The translations under genes were made by a program, and so were the position numbers. The notes under the pieces were generated by a model that was given only the letters and a program-made list of their open reading frames with translations, was not told the DNA's origin and searched no databases. A DNA stretch of 64,000 nucleotides from Candidatus Gastranaerophilales bacterium (GTDB lineage: Bacteria > Cyanobacteriota > Vampirovibrionia > Gastranaerophilales > Gastranaerophilaceae), in NCBI GenBank assembly GCA_944323875.1, contig CALUUH010000008.1, positions 1,542 through 65,541 on the forward strand, given 5' to 3'. Below, piece by piece: positions 25,343 through 34,131 of this stretch. Position 1 is the stretch's first letter. The number at the start of each line of letters is the position of its first letter.

Positions 25343-26326
25343 ATGAAAATTGCAGTTATAAACGACGATAAAATAGTGACTGCTGACGCTGATAATTTAT
25401 CCCTGAGCGGACGAAAAGGTGCGGTAGTAAAAGTTCTTGGCTGCGGCTTGTGCGGCTCTGATATCGTTAAATTCGTGCATAAAATTTCCAAAAACGGAAC
25501 TGTTTTAGGACACGAAATAGTCGCTGAAATTGTTGAAATAAATTCAGATACTAAGTTTAAGACAGGTGATGTGATTGTTACTTCGCATCATATACCTTGC
25601 GGGGAATGCAAATATTGCAAACACGGTAATGTATCTATGTGCGAACATTTTAAATCAACCAATATTTATCCGGGCGGCTTTAGCGAATTTGTCTACCTGT
25701 CAGAAGAACATTTGCAAAATGTTGCGCATTTAAAGCCTGAAAATTTAACAGCGATAGAGGCGTCTTTTTACGAACCTCTTGGCTGCTGTGTTCGTGCGGT
25801 TAAACGCGCAAATCTTAAAACCGGAGATACGGCGCTGGTTATCGGATTGGGCTCAATAGGTATACTTATGGCGCAGGCGCTAAAGGCTTACGGGATAAAC
25901 GCCGTGGGTTGTGATTTAATCCCTGAGCGCGTAGAGCTTCTGAAATCCTACGGGCTTGAGGCGTATAAAGAATTACCGCAAGGGTTTGAGGCTGACGGAA
26001 TATTTATGACATCAGGTGCGGACAAAGCAATTGATACCGCCATAAAATATGTCAGAAGCGGCGGCAAAATACTCGTATTCTCAAGTACTCCAAAGAATTT
26101 CGGGTATGTAAATAATGAAATTTACTATCGAGAATTAACGGTTATGGGTAGTTATTCGCCTGCACCTGTTGACTTGCAAGATTCACTTGAGATGTTAAAA
26201 TCAGGAAAAGTTAAAGTTTCCGGTCTGTCAACTGTATATAAGCTGGAGGATATAGAACAGGCCTTTGAGGACACTATGAGTAACAAAATAATGAAAGCTT
26301 ATATATTAATTAGTAGTGAACAGTGA
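25343..26326 (+). CDS. Zn-dependent medium-chain dehydrogenase/reductase (sorbitol/threonine dehydrogenase-like)
   Basis: GCGLCGSDI, GHEIVAEI, structural-Zn Cys cluster CGECKYCKHGNVSMC, Rossmann VIGLGSIG. Confidence 0.85.
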   Translation: MKIAVINDDKIVTADADNLSLSGRKGAVVKVLGCGLCGSDIVKFVHKISKNGTVLGHEIVAEIVEINSDTKFKTGDVIVTSHHIPCGECKYCKHGNVSMCEHFKSTNIYPGGFSEFVYLSEEHLQNVAHLKPENLTAIEASFYEPLGCCVRAVKRANLKTGDTALVIGLGSIGILMAQALKAYGINAVGCDLIPERVELLKSYGLEAYKELPQGFEADGIFMTSGADKAIDTAIKYVRSGGKILVFSSTPKNFGYVNNEIYYRELTVMGSYSPAPVDLQDSLEMLKSGKVKVSGLSTVYKLEDIEQAFEDTMSNKIMKAYILISSEQ

Positions 26327-26444
26327 ACTGTTAACAGTGAACCGGGCTTTCCAGCCCAACAAGATACTTGCCCAACAAGAAACTAAAACCGATAAAAAGG
26401 TTTTTGATAAAGTAAATAAGTAAACGGTTTTAAAATAAGAGGTA

Positions 26445-27494
26445 ATGGGAATAATGCGTGCAATACAATATTACGGACCACAAAATATAAAGTATGAAGA
26501 AGTAATGGTTAAACCGCCAGAAGAAGGCGAGGTTGTCGTAAAGGTCATGTCAGCCCTGACCTGCGGCACTGATGTCAAAACATACAGGCGCGGTCATCCT
26601 GTGCTTATCAAAAGTGTACCGTCAGGATTTGGACACGAATTTGCCGGTATTGTGGACAGAGTTGGTAAAGGCGTAGAAAATTTTAAGGTCGGTGACAGAG
26701 TTGTCGCTGCAAATTCAGCCCCTTGCGGACACTGTTTTTATTGCAGGCATGAAGAATACAACCTGTGTGAAAATCTTGATTTATTAAACGGTGCTTACGC
26801 TCAATATATAACTGTTCCGGCGCGTATTGTGCAAAAAAATATGCTGATTTTACCTGACGATTTGAATTTTGACAAGGCGGCTTTCTGTGAGCCTTTGGCA
26901 AATGTTGTCCACGGCGTTGAACGTACAGGAATAAAGCCGGGGCAAACCGTCGGGATTATCGGGATTGGCCCTATAGGTCTGATGTTTGCGCGTCTTGCTA
27001 AACTTAAAGGCGCTAATGTAATTGTTGCAGGCCGTAATCCTATTAAGCTTAAGGCCGCCGAAGAATTTTCACATGCAGATGAAATAGTTGACCTTACGCG
27101 TTACGCTAATCCTGAAAAAATCTTCAAAGAGTTTACAGAAGAAAAGAAGGGATTGGATGTGGCTGTTGAATGTGTCGGGTTGCCTGAAATATGGGAAAGA
27201 ATATTTTCCTGTGTACGTCCGGGCGGCACTGTTCACTTTTTTGGCGGCTGCAAATCCGGTTCGACTGTGACATTTGACACAACAAGAATGCATTATGATG
27301 ATATAAAACTGATGAGTGTTTTTCACCATACACCGCAATATTTCAGGCAGGCTCTTGAACATATTGCCTCAGGGGATGTTGAAGTAGAAAAGCTTATCAC
27401 GGACACAATAGGCCTTGACAAAATCGAATGGGCAATGCAGCAGCATATAGCCGGCAAAGCTATTAAATTCCTCGTCAAACCGTGGATGGAATAG
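26445..27494 (+). CDS. Zn-dependent medium-chain dehydrogenase/reductase
   Basis: CGTDVKTYRRGHP, GHEFAGIV, CGHCFYCRHEEYNLC, IIGIGPIG. The start may be the ATG at 26454. Confidence 0.85.
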   Translation: MGIMRAIQYYGPQNIKYEEVMVKPPEEGEVVVKVMSALTCGTDVKTYRRGHPVLIKSVPSGFGHEFAGIVDRVGKGVENFKVGDRVVAANSAPCGHCFYCRHEEYNLCENLDLLNGAYAQYITVPARIVQKNMLILPDDLNFDKAAFCEPLANVVHGVERTGIKPGQTVGIIGIGPIGLMFARLAKLKGANVIVAGRNPIKLKAAEEFSHADEIVDLTRYANPEKIFKEFTEEKKGLDVAVECVGLPEIWERIFSCVRPGGTVHFFGGCKSGSTVTFDTTRMHYDDIKLMSVFHHTPQYFRQALEHIASGDVEVEKLITDTIGLDKIEWAMQQHIAGKAIKFLVKPWME

Positions 27495-27525
27495 AAAGCT
27501 TTACCATCAATATTTATAATAGTAA

Positions 27526-27551
27526 AAAAAAGCCCGTCGTAACGGGCTTTT
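27526..27551. terminator. Bidirectional terminator
   Basis: AAAAAGCCCGT-cgta-ACGGGCTTTT. Confidence 0.8.
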
Positions 27552-27588
27552 AACATATAAACTCTCAAATCTTATTTTAAACACAGCA

Positions 27589-27744
27589 CTACTTAACTGC
27601 ATGTAATCGTGCCTGAATACCAGCATCCGCATTAATCATTTTTGCGTTTGCTATCGCCATACTACGGCGTTTTCTCGCTCCTCTTAATATAAATTCAACA
27701 CTATCGCTTACATTACACGAAGGTTGTGAAATCTTCTTTATCAT
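27589..27744 (-). CDS. Possible 51-aa basic protein (below the ORF-track cutoff)
   Basis: ATG at 27744 is preceded by AAGGAG at 7-nt spacing. MIKKISQPSCNVSDSVEFILRGARKRRSMAIANAKMINADAGIQARLHAVK. The terminator at 27526-27551 lies downstream. Confidence 0.4.
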   Translation of the reverse strand: MIKKISQPSCNVSDSVEFILRGARKRRSMAIANAKMINADAGIQARLHAVK

Positions 27745-27907
27745 AAATTTACTCCTTAGATTCTAATTACATTTTTTCTATCGGAGTTGTTTAAAAAAAT
27801 CTTTAATAAAATAAGGCGATTGTAAATAAAATTTAACATTCTTTTCTAAAGTGAAATTGCAGAAATAAAAAATACTTTATAAAAATATAGTGGAAAGGAG
27901 TGTGTGT

Positions 27908-28165
27908 ATGATAGGCAGCGTTACAAAATCAGGGGCACTAAATTTATTTGCGCCAACAACACGTCCACGCAGACCGGACGAAATTATGCAGGATGTTTTT
28001 AACAAAAGACAGCAAGAAAGAATAGAAAAAGTATATGAGAATTTGAGTACAAAAGTTAAAAACGGAGAGCAGTTATCTGATGCAGAAAAATTACAATTCG
28101 TTTTTTTAAAGGCATTGGATATTGCTCAAGATATTTCGCAACCGGTAATAAAATACAATGCATAA
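27908..28165 (+). CDS. Hypothetical protein
   Basis: 85 aa from the ATG with AAAGGAG upstream. Confidence 0.45.
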   Translation: MIGSVTKSGALNLFAPTTRPRRPDEIMQDVFNKRQQERIEKVYENLSTKVKNGEQLSDAEKLQFVFLKALDIAQDISQPVIKYNA

Positions 28166-28166
28166 G

Positions 28167-28373
28167 CTAAATTTTTTCAAAATTTATCTTATAACCCAAT
28201 AATCCTGCAAGTTTCTCCAATTCATCATAAGGCATTGTACCTCTGACGAGTTTTTGTGAGAGGCTTTGTACTGTATATTTTTTGTTTAGAGCAACGGAAG
28301 CTTCAGCCGCCAGCTCTGTCAGCGTCATGTGTTCTTTTACCAATAGTATTTTTAAGTCGTCTCTGGCTGTCAT
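28167..28373 (-). CDS. Small HTH DNA-binding protein (XRE/Cro-like)
   Basis: 68 aa. MTLTELAAEASVALNKKYTVQSLSQKLVRG helix-turn-helix-like segment. Divergent from the prepilin-like gene. Confidence 0.55.
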   Translation of the reverse strand: MTARDDLKILLVKEHMTLTELAAEASVALNKKYTVQSLSQKLVRGTMPYDELEKLAGLLGYKINFEKI

Positions 28374-28448
28374 ATATAATCCTGTTTAATTAATATTATA
28401 TATTTTTTGCCTGATCTTGACATTTTTCTCCTGATATGATATATGTTT

Positions 28449-28482
28449 CAATAAATATAATTATTTATAATTATATTTATTG
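28449..28482. promoter_or_regulatory. 34-bp perfect palindrome (16+2+16) in the divergent HTH/prepilin intergenic region
   Basis: CAATAAATATAATTAT-tt-ATAATTATATTTATTG. All 16 arm positions pair when checked base by base. Confidence 0.6.
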
Positions 28483-28519
28483 AATATAATGTTAGATTAC
28501 TTAATATATGGAGGGTATA

Positions 28520-29236
28520 ATGAATAGATTTGCTTTTACGCTTGCTGAAGTTTTGATAACGATCGCTGTAATCGGGATTGTTGCCATACTGACAGTGCCG
28601 GCAATCGTAAAAAAATATCAAAAGAAAGTTGTTGCAATAAGGGCTAAACAAGCCTATAGTACACTTGTAGAAGCAATAAAATTATCCGAAATTGAAAATG
28701 GGCCTAGTTCAGAGTGGAATATTGTATTAAGTTCTGATGGTACAGAAAATACAAAGTTAGTAGTGGATAAGTATATTGCACCATATCTGAATAATTTGCG
28801 GTTTTGTGACAACAATAGTGATGATATATCTAAAAAGTGTGGTGCGTTTTTAAGTTCTGCGGGGAAAGGTTATTTTTTGCCCAACGGTACAAGTATTTCG
28901 TTTGTCGCAGGTGGAGAGTCGTATAATGAGGATGAAGCCGTTAATGATTTTATATTTGCAATTATTGTAGACACAAATGCCGGCAAAAAACCTAATATGC
29001 TTGGATATGATGCTTTCTATTTTCAGCTTAATAAAGACGGATTTGGACCATTTGGATTCAATCAACGAGATACATTTACCAGAAGTGATATTTTAAATGG
29101 GTTTGTTAATGACCGGGGAGAGTTAATATCCTGCAAAAAGGAGTCAATAGATGAAAACGATCTGTGTTACAGGCATGGATGTACGCTTTTGTTAATGTTA
29201 GATAACTGGGAAATAAAAGATGACTACCCGTGGTAA
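28520..29236 (+). CDS. Prepilin-type N-terminal cleavage/methylation domain protein (type IV pilin / T2SS pseudopilin-like)
   Basis: MNRFAFTLAEVLITIAVIGIVAILTVPAI is the class III signal (F-T-L-x-E plus hydrophobic helix). RBS GGAGGG lies before the ATG at 28520. Confidence 0.8.
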   Translation: MNRFAFTLAEVLITIAVIGIVAILTVPAIVKKYQKKVVAIRAKQAYSTLVEAIKLSEIENGPSSEWNIVLSSDGTENTKLVVDKYIAPYLNNLRFCDNNSDDISKKCGAFLSSAGKGYFLPNGTSISFVAGGESYNEDEAVNDFIFAIIVDTNAGKKPNMLGYDAFYFQLNKDGFGPFGFNQRDTFTRSDILNGFVNDRGELISCKKESIDENDLCYRHGCTLLLMLDNWEIKDDYPW

Positions 29237-29245
29237 ATGATTTTT

Positions 29246-29290
29246 AAAAGCGGGCATTTCTGATTTTGAGTTTCAGAAATGCCCGCTTTT
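29246..29290. terminator. Bidirectional terminator between the pilin-like gene and rpmA
   Basis: AAAAGCGGGCATTTCTGA-ttttgagt-TTCAGAAATGCCCGCTTTT. Confidence 0.85.
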
Positions 29291-29308
29291 ATAATATCTT
29301 TGGATCTA

Positions 29309-29566
29309 TTAGCCAGCAGCGTAAACGCTTACTTGTTTTCTGTCGCGTCTGTGTGATTCAAATTTCACCTGACCGTCAATCAATGCGAACAAAGTATCAT
29401 CAGATCCGATGCCAACATTGTTGCCAGGGTGAATTTTAGTTCCTCTTTGACGAACTAAGATATTACCGGCTTTTACTGTTTCGCCGCCGAATTTCTTAAC
29501 GCCTAAACGCTTCGCTTCTGAGTCACGTCCGTTACGGGTTGATCCCATACCTTTTTTATGTGCCAT
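29309..29566 (-). CDS. rpmA: 50S ribosomal protein L27
   Basis: [24 protein letters not shown]. No N-terminal propeptide. Confidence 0.97.
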   Translation of the reverse strand: MAHKKGMGSTRNGRDSEAKRLGVKKFGGETVKAGNILVRQRGTKIHPGNNVGIGSDDTLFALIDGQVKFESHRRDRKQVSVYAAG

Positions 29567-29614
29567 TTGTATATCTCCTTTTTTTGTTGGGCTGGAAAGC
29601 CCAACCTACTTTCT

Positions 29615-29861
29615 TTTTTCTACTATAGCCTACGATTTTGGTCGTATCGCCTTTTGATTAGATAGTATTAATTTGTCAATAACCGTGTTACCGGCTTTAT
29701 TTTGTCAATGCACTCGGGTGTTCTGTCGGTACTTATTAATTAACCTAGGAACTTGTCCCTCGCACCTGTTTTTCTACCATAGCCTACGATTGTAATCGTA
29801 TCGCCTTTTGGTTAGATAGTATTAATTTGTCAATAACCGTGTTACCGGCTTTTGTTTTGTC
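29615..29861. repeat. Two direct copies (~90% identical) of a ~92-nt element in the rplU-rpmA spacer
   Basis: Copy 1 at 29615-29706, copy 2 at 29769-29861. Both contain an internal hairpin whose stem is kept despite a different loop (TACGA-ttttgg-TCGTA versus TACGATT-gt-AATCGTA). Confidence 0.85.
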
Positions 29862-29882
29862 GGGCAGATAAGCCCAACCTGC

Positions 29883-30236
29883 TTATTCTGCATCTTCTGT
29901 TGATTCAGAAGCTTTCTTTTGTGCTGAAGTTCTGATTTTTGATATCATAACTCTTGTAAAACCTTGTCTGTGGCCTTGTTTTTTTCTGTAACCTTTTTTA
30001 GGTCTTTGTTTGAAAACAATGATTTTTTTAGCTTTGTCATGTTTTACAACAGTTCCTTCAGCTGATGCGCCAACAACATAAGGCTGGCCAACTTTAGATT
30101 TTTTACCGTTAACTATCATAACGATTTTATCAAAAACTACTTTGCTGTCTTGTTCGGCTTCTAATAATTCAATATCAACGTAACGTCCTTCTTCTACCTG
30201 ATATTGTTTGCCGCCTGTTTCTACAATTGCGTACAT
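29883..30236 (-). CDS. rplU: 50S ribosomal protein L21
   Basis: [23 protein letters not shown]...[21 protein letters not shown]. Confidence 0.97.
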   Translation of the reverse strand: MYAIVETGGKQYQVEEGRYVDIELLEAEQDSKVVFDKIVMIVNGKKSKVGQPYVVGASAEGTVVKHDKAKKIIVFKQRPKKGYRKKQGHRQGFTRVMISKIRTSAQKKASESTEDAE

Positions 30237-30370
30237 TTTTTTGTCCTTTCATTTTGGGTTTCGTAACATTGCGTGACAAACCTGACGTATGGCTTGAAAA
30301 GTATTACTTCGGCTTGTAAATGTCACTCAATGTGTTTATTGCACGAGTTACCACTACTAATACATTTGTC

Positions 30371-30399
30371 ATTATCCACCAGTCAATGCGCTATGTCAA
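30371..30399 (-). promoter_or_regulatory. rplU promoter, giving a ~125-nt 5' leader
   Basis: Minus strand: TTGACA (30399-30394), 17 nt, GATAAT (30376-30371). Confidence 0.6.
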
Positions 30400-30462
30400 G
30401 TAGTATTAATATTTATTAACTTTATACTCCTGATTCGTTTTTTGGAGTATCATAAAGGTATT

Positions 30463-31800
30463 ATGAAATTCAGTATTGAAGATATTAAATGCGCGACAGG
30501 CGCACATCTTATTAAAAACACCTTAAATCAAGACGAATACAGCATTTCAACAGATACAAGAACTATTGAAAAGAATGACATTTACCTGCCTTTGAAAGGC
30601 GCAAAATTTGACGGCGAAAGATTTTGCGATAAGGCAATTCAACAAGGCGCGGCAGGATGCTTTGTTACAGGGGATGAGTTCCCGAAAGATGCCGGTATTG
30701 TTTTTAAAACGGATAATACCTTGTATGCTTATATGGCGCTGGCTAATTACGTAAGAAATAAATTCAATCCTATAACCGTAGCAATAACAGGCAGTTCCGG
30801 TAAAACAACAACTAAAGAAATTCTTTATTCAGTACTATCACAAAGATATAAAACCCATAAAACTTTTTCTAACCACAATAACGAAATAGGTTTTTGCCAG
30901 ACGGTTTTATCAATGCCGGAGGATACAGAGGCGCTTATAATAGAAATGGGAATGCGCGCTCAGGGCGAAATTGAACTGCTTTCTAAATATACACAGCCTG
31001 ATTATGCAATTATTGTCAATGTAGGGTCTGCACATATCGGCCGATTGGGCTCTCTTGATAATATAGCAAAAGCAAAATGTGAAATAACTTCATACCTGAA
31101 ACCAACCGGAACACTTATTGCAAACGACTGTGAAAGAATACGAAAATTTGTCAGCTTTGCTGGTGAAAAAATATTTTATTCAATGAAGGATGTGAAAATT
31201 CTTGTCCATAAACCTTCTTACACAAAATTTATCTATAAAAACAACGAGTACGAATTGCAGGTAGAAGGTGATTATAATGTCGAGAATTCTCTTGCCGCAA
31301 TTGAACTGGCACAAAAACTGGGACTGACTTACACAGAAATTAAGCAGGGACTTTACAATTATCATCCGATAGAGAAACGCTGGGAAGTGGAAGAAGTTAA
31401 AGGGCTGAAATTTATCAATGACAGCTATAATGCTAACCCTGATTCTATGAAGGCATCTGTTTCAACTTTTATGGAATTATATAACAATCCTGTTGTTGTT
31501 ATCGGAAATATGGGTGAACTCGGCGATAAAGAGGTAGAATTCCACAGAGAAGTCGGTGATTATCTTGGAAACAAAGAAAAAAATAAACATGTAAAATTTA
31601 TTACTGTCGGTAATCTTGCAAGGTATACAGGCGAAGAACTTGCAAAATTCGGATTTGATGTAACAAGTTTTGAGGATAATCTTGCAACATCTCGTTACAT
31701 TCTTGATAATCTTGATGTCGGTACTACAATATTCTTAAAGGCTTCCAGAACAATGAAGTTCGAAGAAATTATTCAATCCGTAAAAGAGGGAGAAAGATAA
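30463..31800 (+). CDS. murF: UDP-N-acetylmuramoyl-tripeptide--D-alanyl-D-alanine ligase
   Basis: ITGSSGKTTTKE P-loop, NNEIG, DSYNANPDSM. Sits in dcw context. Confidence 0.9.
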   Translation: MKFSIEDIKCATGAHLIKNTLNQDEYSISTDTRTIEKNDIYLPLKGAKFDGERFCDKAIQQGAAGCFVTGDEFPKDAGIVFKTDNTLYAYMALANYVRNKFNPITVAITGSSGKTTTKEILYSVLSQRYKTHKTFSNHNNEIGFCQTVLSMPEDTEALIIEMGMRAQGEIELLSKYTQPDYAIIVNVGSAHIGRLGSLDNIAKAKCEITSYLKPTGTLIANDCERIRKFVSFAGEKIFYSMKDVKILVHKPSYTKFIYKNNEYELQVEGDYNVENSLAAIELAQKLGLTYTEIKQGLYNYHPIEKRWEVEEVKGLKFINDSYNANPDSMKASVSTFMELYNNPVVVIGNMGELGDKEVEFHREVGDYLGNKEKNKHVKFITVGNLARYTGEELAKFGFDVTSFEDNLATSRYILDNLDVGTTIFLKASRTMKFEEIIQSVKEGER

Positions 31801-31802
31801 TT

Positions 31803-32783
31803 ATGATAATGATAACAGTGGCATTTTTGCTTGGCTTGATATTGTGCCTGCTTTTTGGTGTCCCGTATATCGACTTTTTAAAGAAAAAAATGATTGGTCA
31901 GTACATAAAAGATTGCGCACCTGAGGCTCATGCCAAAAAAGAAGGCACTCCGACAACCGGCGGCGTTTTTATCATTGTTGCTGTTATAACTTCATCAATA
32001 ATTACTTTGCTGTTGGCACAACACCTGACTACCGAGGCATTTATAGTTCTGATAACACTTTTGTTTTATGCTTTTGCCGGTTTTCAGGATGATTATATTA
32101 AAATAAAAGGCAAGGGCAATGACGGACTTACTCCGCGCGGCAAACTGTTAAGACAAATTGCTATTGCGCTTTTGCCTACATTGTATTTAATGATGACGTC
32201 AGATAGTGCGGCTGTTGTTGATATCGGTAATTATTCAGTTAATCTTGGCTGGTTGTATCCTGTGTTTGCTGTTTTTGTGATTACAGGTTCTTCTAATGCA
32301 TATAATTTAACAGACGGTCTTGACGGATTGGCTGCATTTACAGGCCTTTTTGCCTTTATTGCCTGTTCAATTGTTTCCCTGTTAAAAGGTTCTGTTGAAG
32401 AAGCTATAATTTCTGCTGCTGTTGCAGGCGCATTGTTAGGCTTCTTGCGTTATAACAAACCGAAAGCGCAGGTTTTTATGGGCGATACCGGTTCGCTTGC
32501 AATAGGAGGATTGCTCGGAACTATTGCGGTTATGGCTAAATTTGAATTCCTTTTAATCGCTATAGGCTTTATTTTTGTAATGGAAACTTTATCAGTTATA
32601 ATTCAGGTAACAAGTTATAAATTAACGGGTAAGAGAGTTTTTAGAATGTCGCCTATACATCATCATTTTGAACTCGGCGGCTGGAGCGAAAAGAAAATAG
32701 TTTTAACTTTCGGGCTGGCGTCCGCATTGCTTGCAATTTTAGCGATAGTAAGTTACCTGTTTACTTTAGCCGGAGTAAAATAA
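31803..32783 (+). CDS. mraY: Phospho-N-acetylmuramoyl-pentapeptide transferase
   Basis: GTPTTGGV, NAYNLTDGLDGLA, MGDTGSLAIGG, PIHHHFE. Confidence 0.95.
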   Translation: MIMITVAFLLGLILCLLFGVPYIDFLKKKMIGQYIKDCAPEAHAKKEGTPTTGGVFIIVAVITSSIITLLLAQHLTTEAFIVLITLLFYAFAGFQDDYIKIKGKGNDGLTPRGKLLRQIAIALLPTLYLMMTSDSAAVVDIGNYSVNLGWLYPVFAVFVITGSSNAYNLTDGLDGLAAFTGLFAFIACSIVSLLKGSVEEAIISAAVAGALLGFLRYNKPKAQVFMGDTGSLAIGGLLGTIAVMAKFEFLLIAIGFIFVMETLSVIIQVTSYKLTGKRVFRMSPIHHHFELGGWSEKKIVLTFGLASALLAILAIVSYLFTLAGVK

Positions 32784-32784
32784 G

Positions 32785-34131
32785 ATGGATTTAAAAAATA
32801 AAAAAATACTTGTATTAGGTTTGTCTAAAAGCGGCATTGCGGCTGCGAAATGTCTTGCTAAACGCGGTGCGGACGTTTACATAACAGAAGGTAAGGACGC
32901 AAAAGAAGAATATAAATCCAAAATTCAGGATTTGAATAATACAGGAATAAAAGTTGAAACAGGCGGGCATAGTGATGATTTTATCAACGGCTCGGTATTT
33001 GCTGTTACAAGCCCCGGTATTCCGCCGCACAGCAAGATTATGAAAAAACTGAACGCAAAAAATATTCCTGTAATTTCAGAAATAGAACTTGCATACAAAC
33101 TGACAAAAGTACCTTTTATTGCAATAACAGGGACTAACGGTAAAACAACAACAACAGCCCTGACTGCTCATATATTGTCTGAGGTTTATAATGCCGTGCC
33201 TTGCGGAAATTACGGACTTCCGCCATGCGATATGCTGGATGAAGATTTAGATTATTTTGTATGCGAATGCAGTTCGTTCCAACTTGAATATACAAAAGAG
33301 TTTGCCCCGAAAATATCAGTATTCACAAACTTTACGCCTGACCATATTGACTGGCATGAGGGACTTGAAAATTACTTCAATGCAAAGGCAAAGATTTTTA
33401 AAACGCCGCAGGCACCTGTTTATTCTGTACTGAATGCTCAGGATGAAAAACTGCTGGACTTTTCTAAACATTGTGACGGTGAAGTTTTTCTTTTTGACGG
33501 TGATATAGGACAAAATTGTTCTTATATCAAAGATGACGCAATTTATTATAAAAGATATGGCACAGCAGAAAAAATTATTGATCTGAAAGATTGTCCGCTA
33601 ATCGGTCATCATAACTACCAGAATGTTATGTGTGCCATAATTTGCGCTAAACTCACAGGTATTGAAAATGATCTCTTGCGTCATGCAATAATGACGTTTA
33701 AAGTGCCGGAACACAGATTGGAAAAATTCGCACAATCCGGAAAAACTGTTTTTTATAATGATTCAAAGGCAACTAATCCTGAGGCTTCACTTGTTGCAAT
33801 ACGTTCTTTTAATAATTGTGATGTTGCGTTAATTGCAGGCGGACGTGATAAAAATACTGACTTAACCGAGTTTTGTGACGCAATAAAAAAACATATTAAG
33901 ACTGTTATATTACTGGGTGAAGCTGCGGACAGATTTGAAACGAATTTGATAAAGAACGGTTTTGATAACATAATAAGAGTAGATACATTTGAACAGGCGG
34001 TTGATAAATCAATCGAATTGAAGCCGGATGTTGTACTTTTGTCACCGGCATGTGCAAGCTTTGATATGTTCTCAGGTTACGAAGAAAGAGGAAAGGTTTT
34101 CAAAGAGTATGTCTTATCAAAGATCAATTAG
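32785..34131 (+). CDS. murD: UDP-N-acetylmuramoylalanine--D-glutamate ligase
   Basis: GLSKSGIAAAK, ITGTNGKTTTT, DSKATNPEA. Confidence 0.95.
   Translation: MDLKNKKILVLGLSKSGIAAAKCLAKRGADVYITEGKDAKEEYKSKIQDLNNTGIKVETGGHSDDFINGSVFAVTSPGIPPHSKIMKKLNAKNIPVISEIELAYKLTKVPFIAITGTNGKTTTTALTAHILSEVYNAVPCGNYGLPPCDMLDEDLDYFVCECSSFQLEYTKEFAPKISVFTNFTPDHIDWHEGLENYFNAKAKIFKTPQAPVYSVLNAQDEKLLDFSKHCDGEVFLFDGDIGQNCSYIKDDAIYYKRYGTAEKIIDLKDCPLIGHHNYQNVMCAIICAKLTGIENDLLRHAIMTFKVPEHRLEKFAQSGKTVFYNDSKATNPEASLVAIRSFNNCDVALIAGGRDKNTDLTEFCDAIKKHIKTVILLGEAADRFETNLIKNGFDNIIRVDTFEQAVDKSIELKPDVVLLSPACASFDMFSGYEERGKVFKEYVLSKIN

Noticed and set aside
25276-25491. 72-codon N-terminal extension of the GNAT-like ORF.
   Set aside because: It overlaps the divergent dehydrogenase gene start (25343) and its promoter region. 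The internal ATG at 25275 gives a compact intergenic layout.
29567-29882. A hidden prp (ysxB) gene between rplU and rpmA.
   Set aside because: There is no ORF of useful length in any frame, and L27 starts MAHKKG with no cleavable propeptide.
34028-34108. Upstream start for ftsW.
   Set aside because: The extra 27 codons lie inside murD in another frame. The ATG at 34109 has a good RBS.
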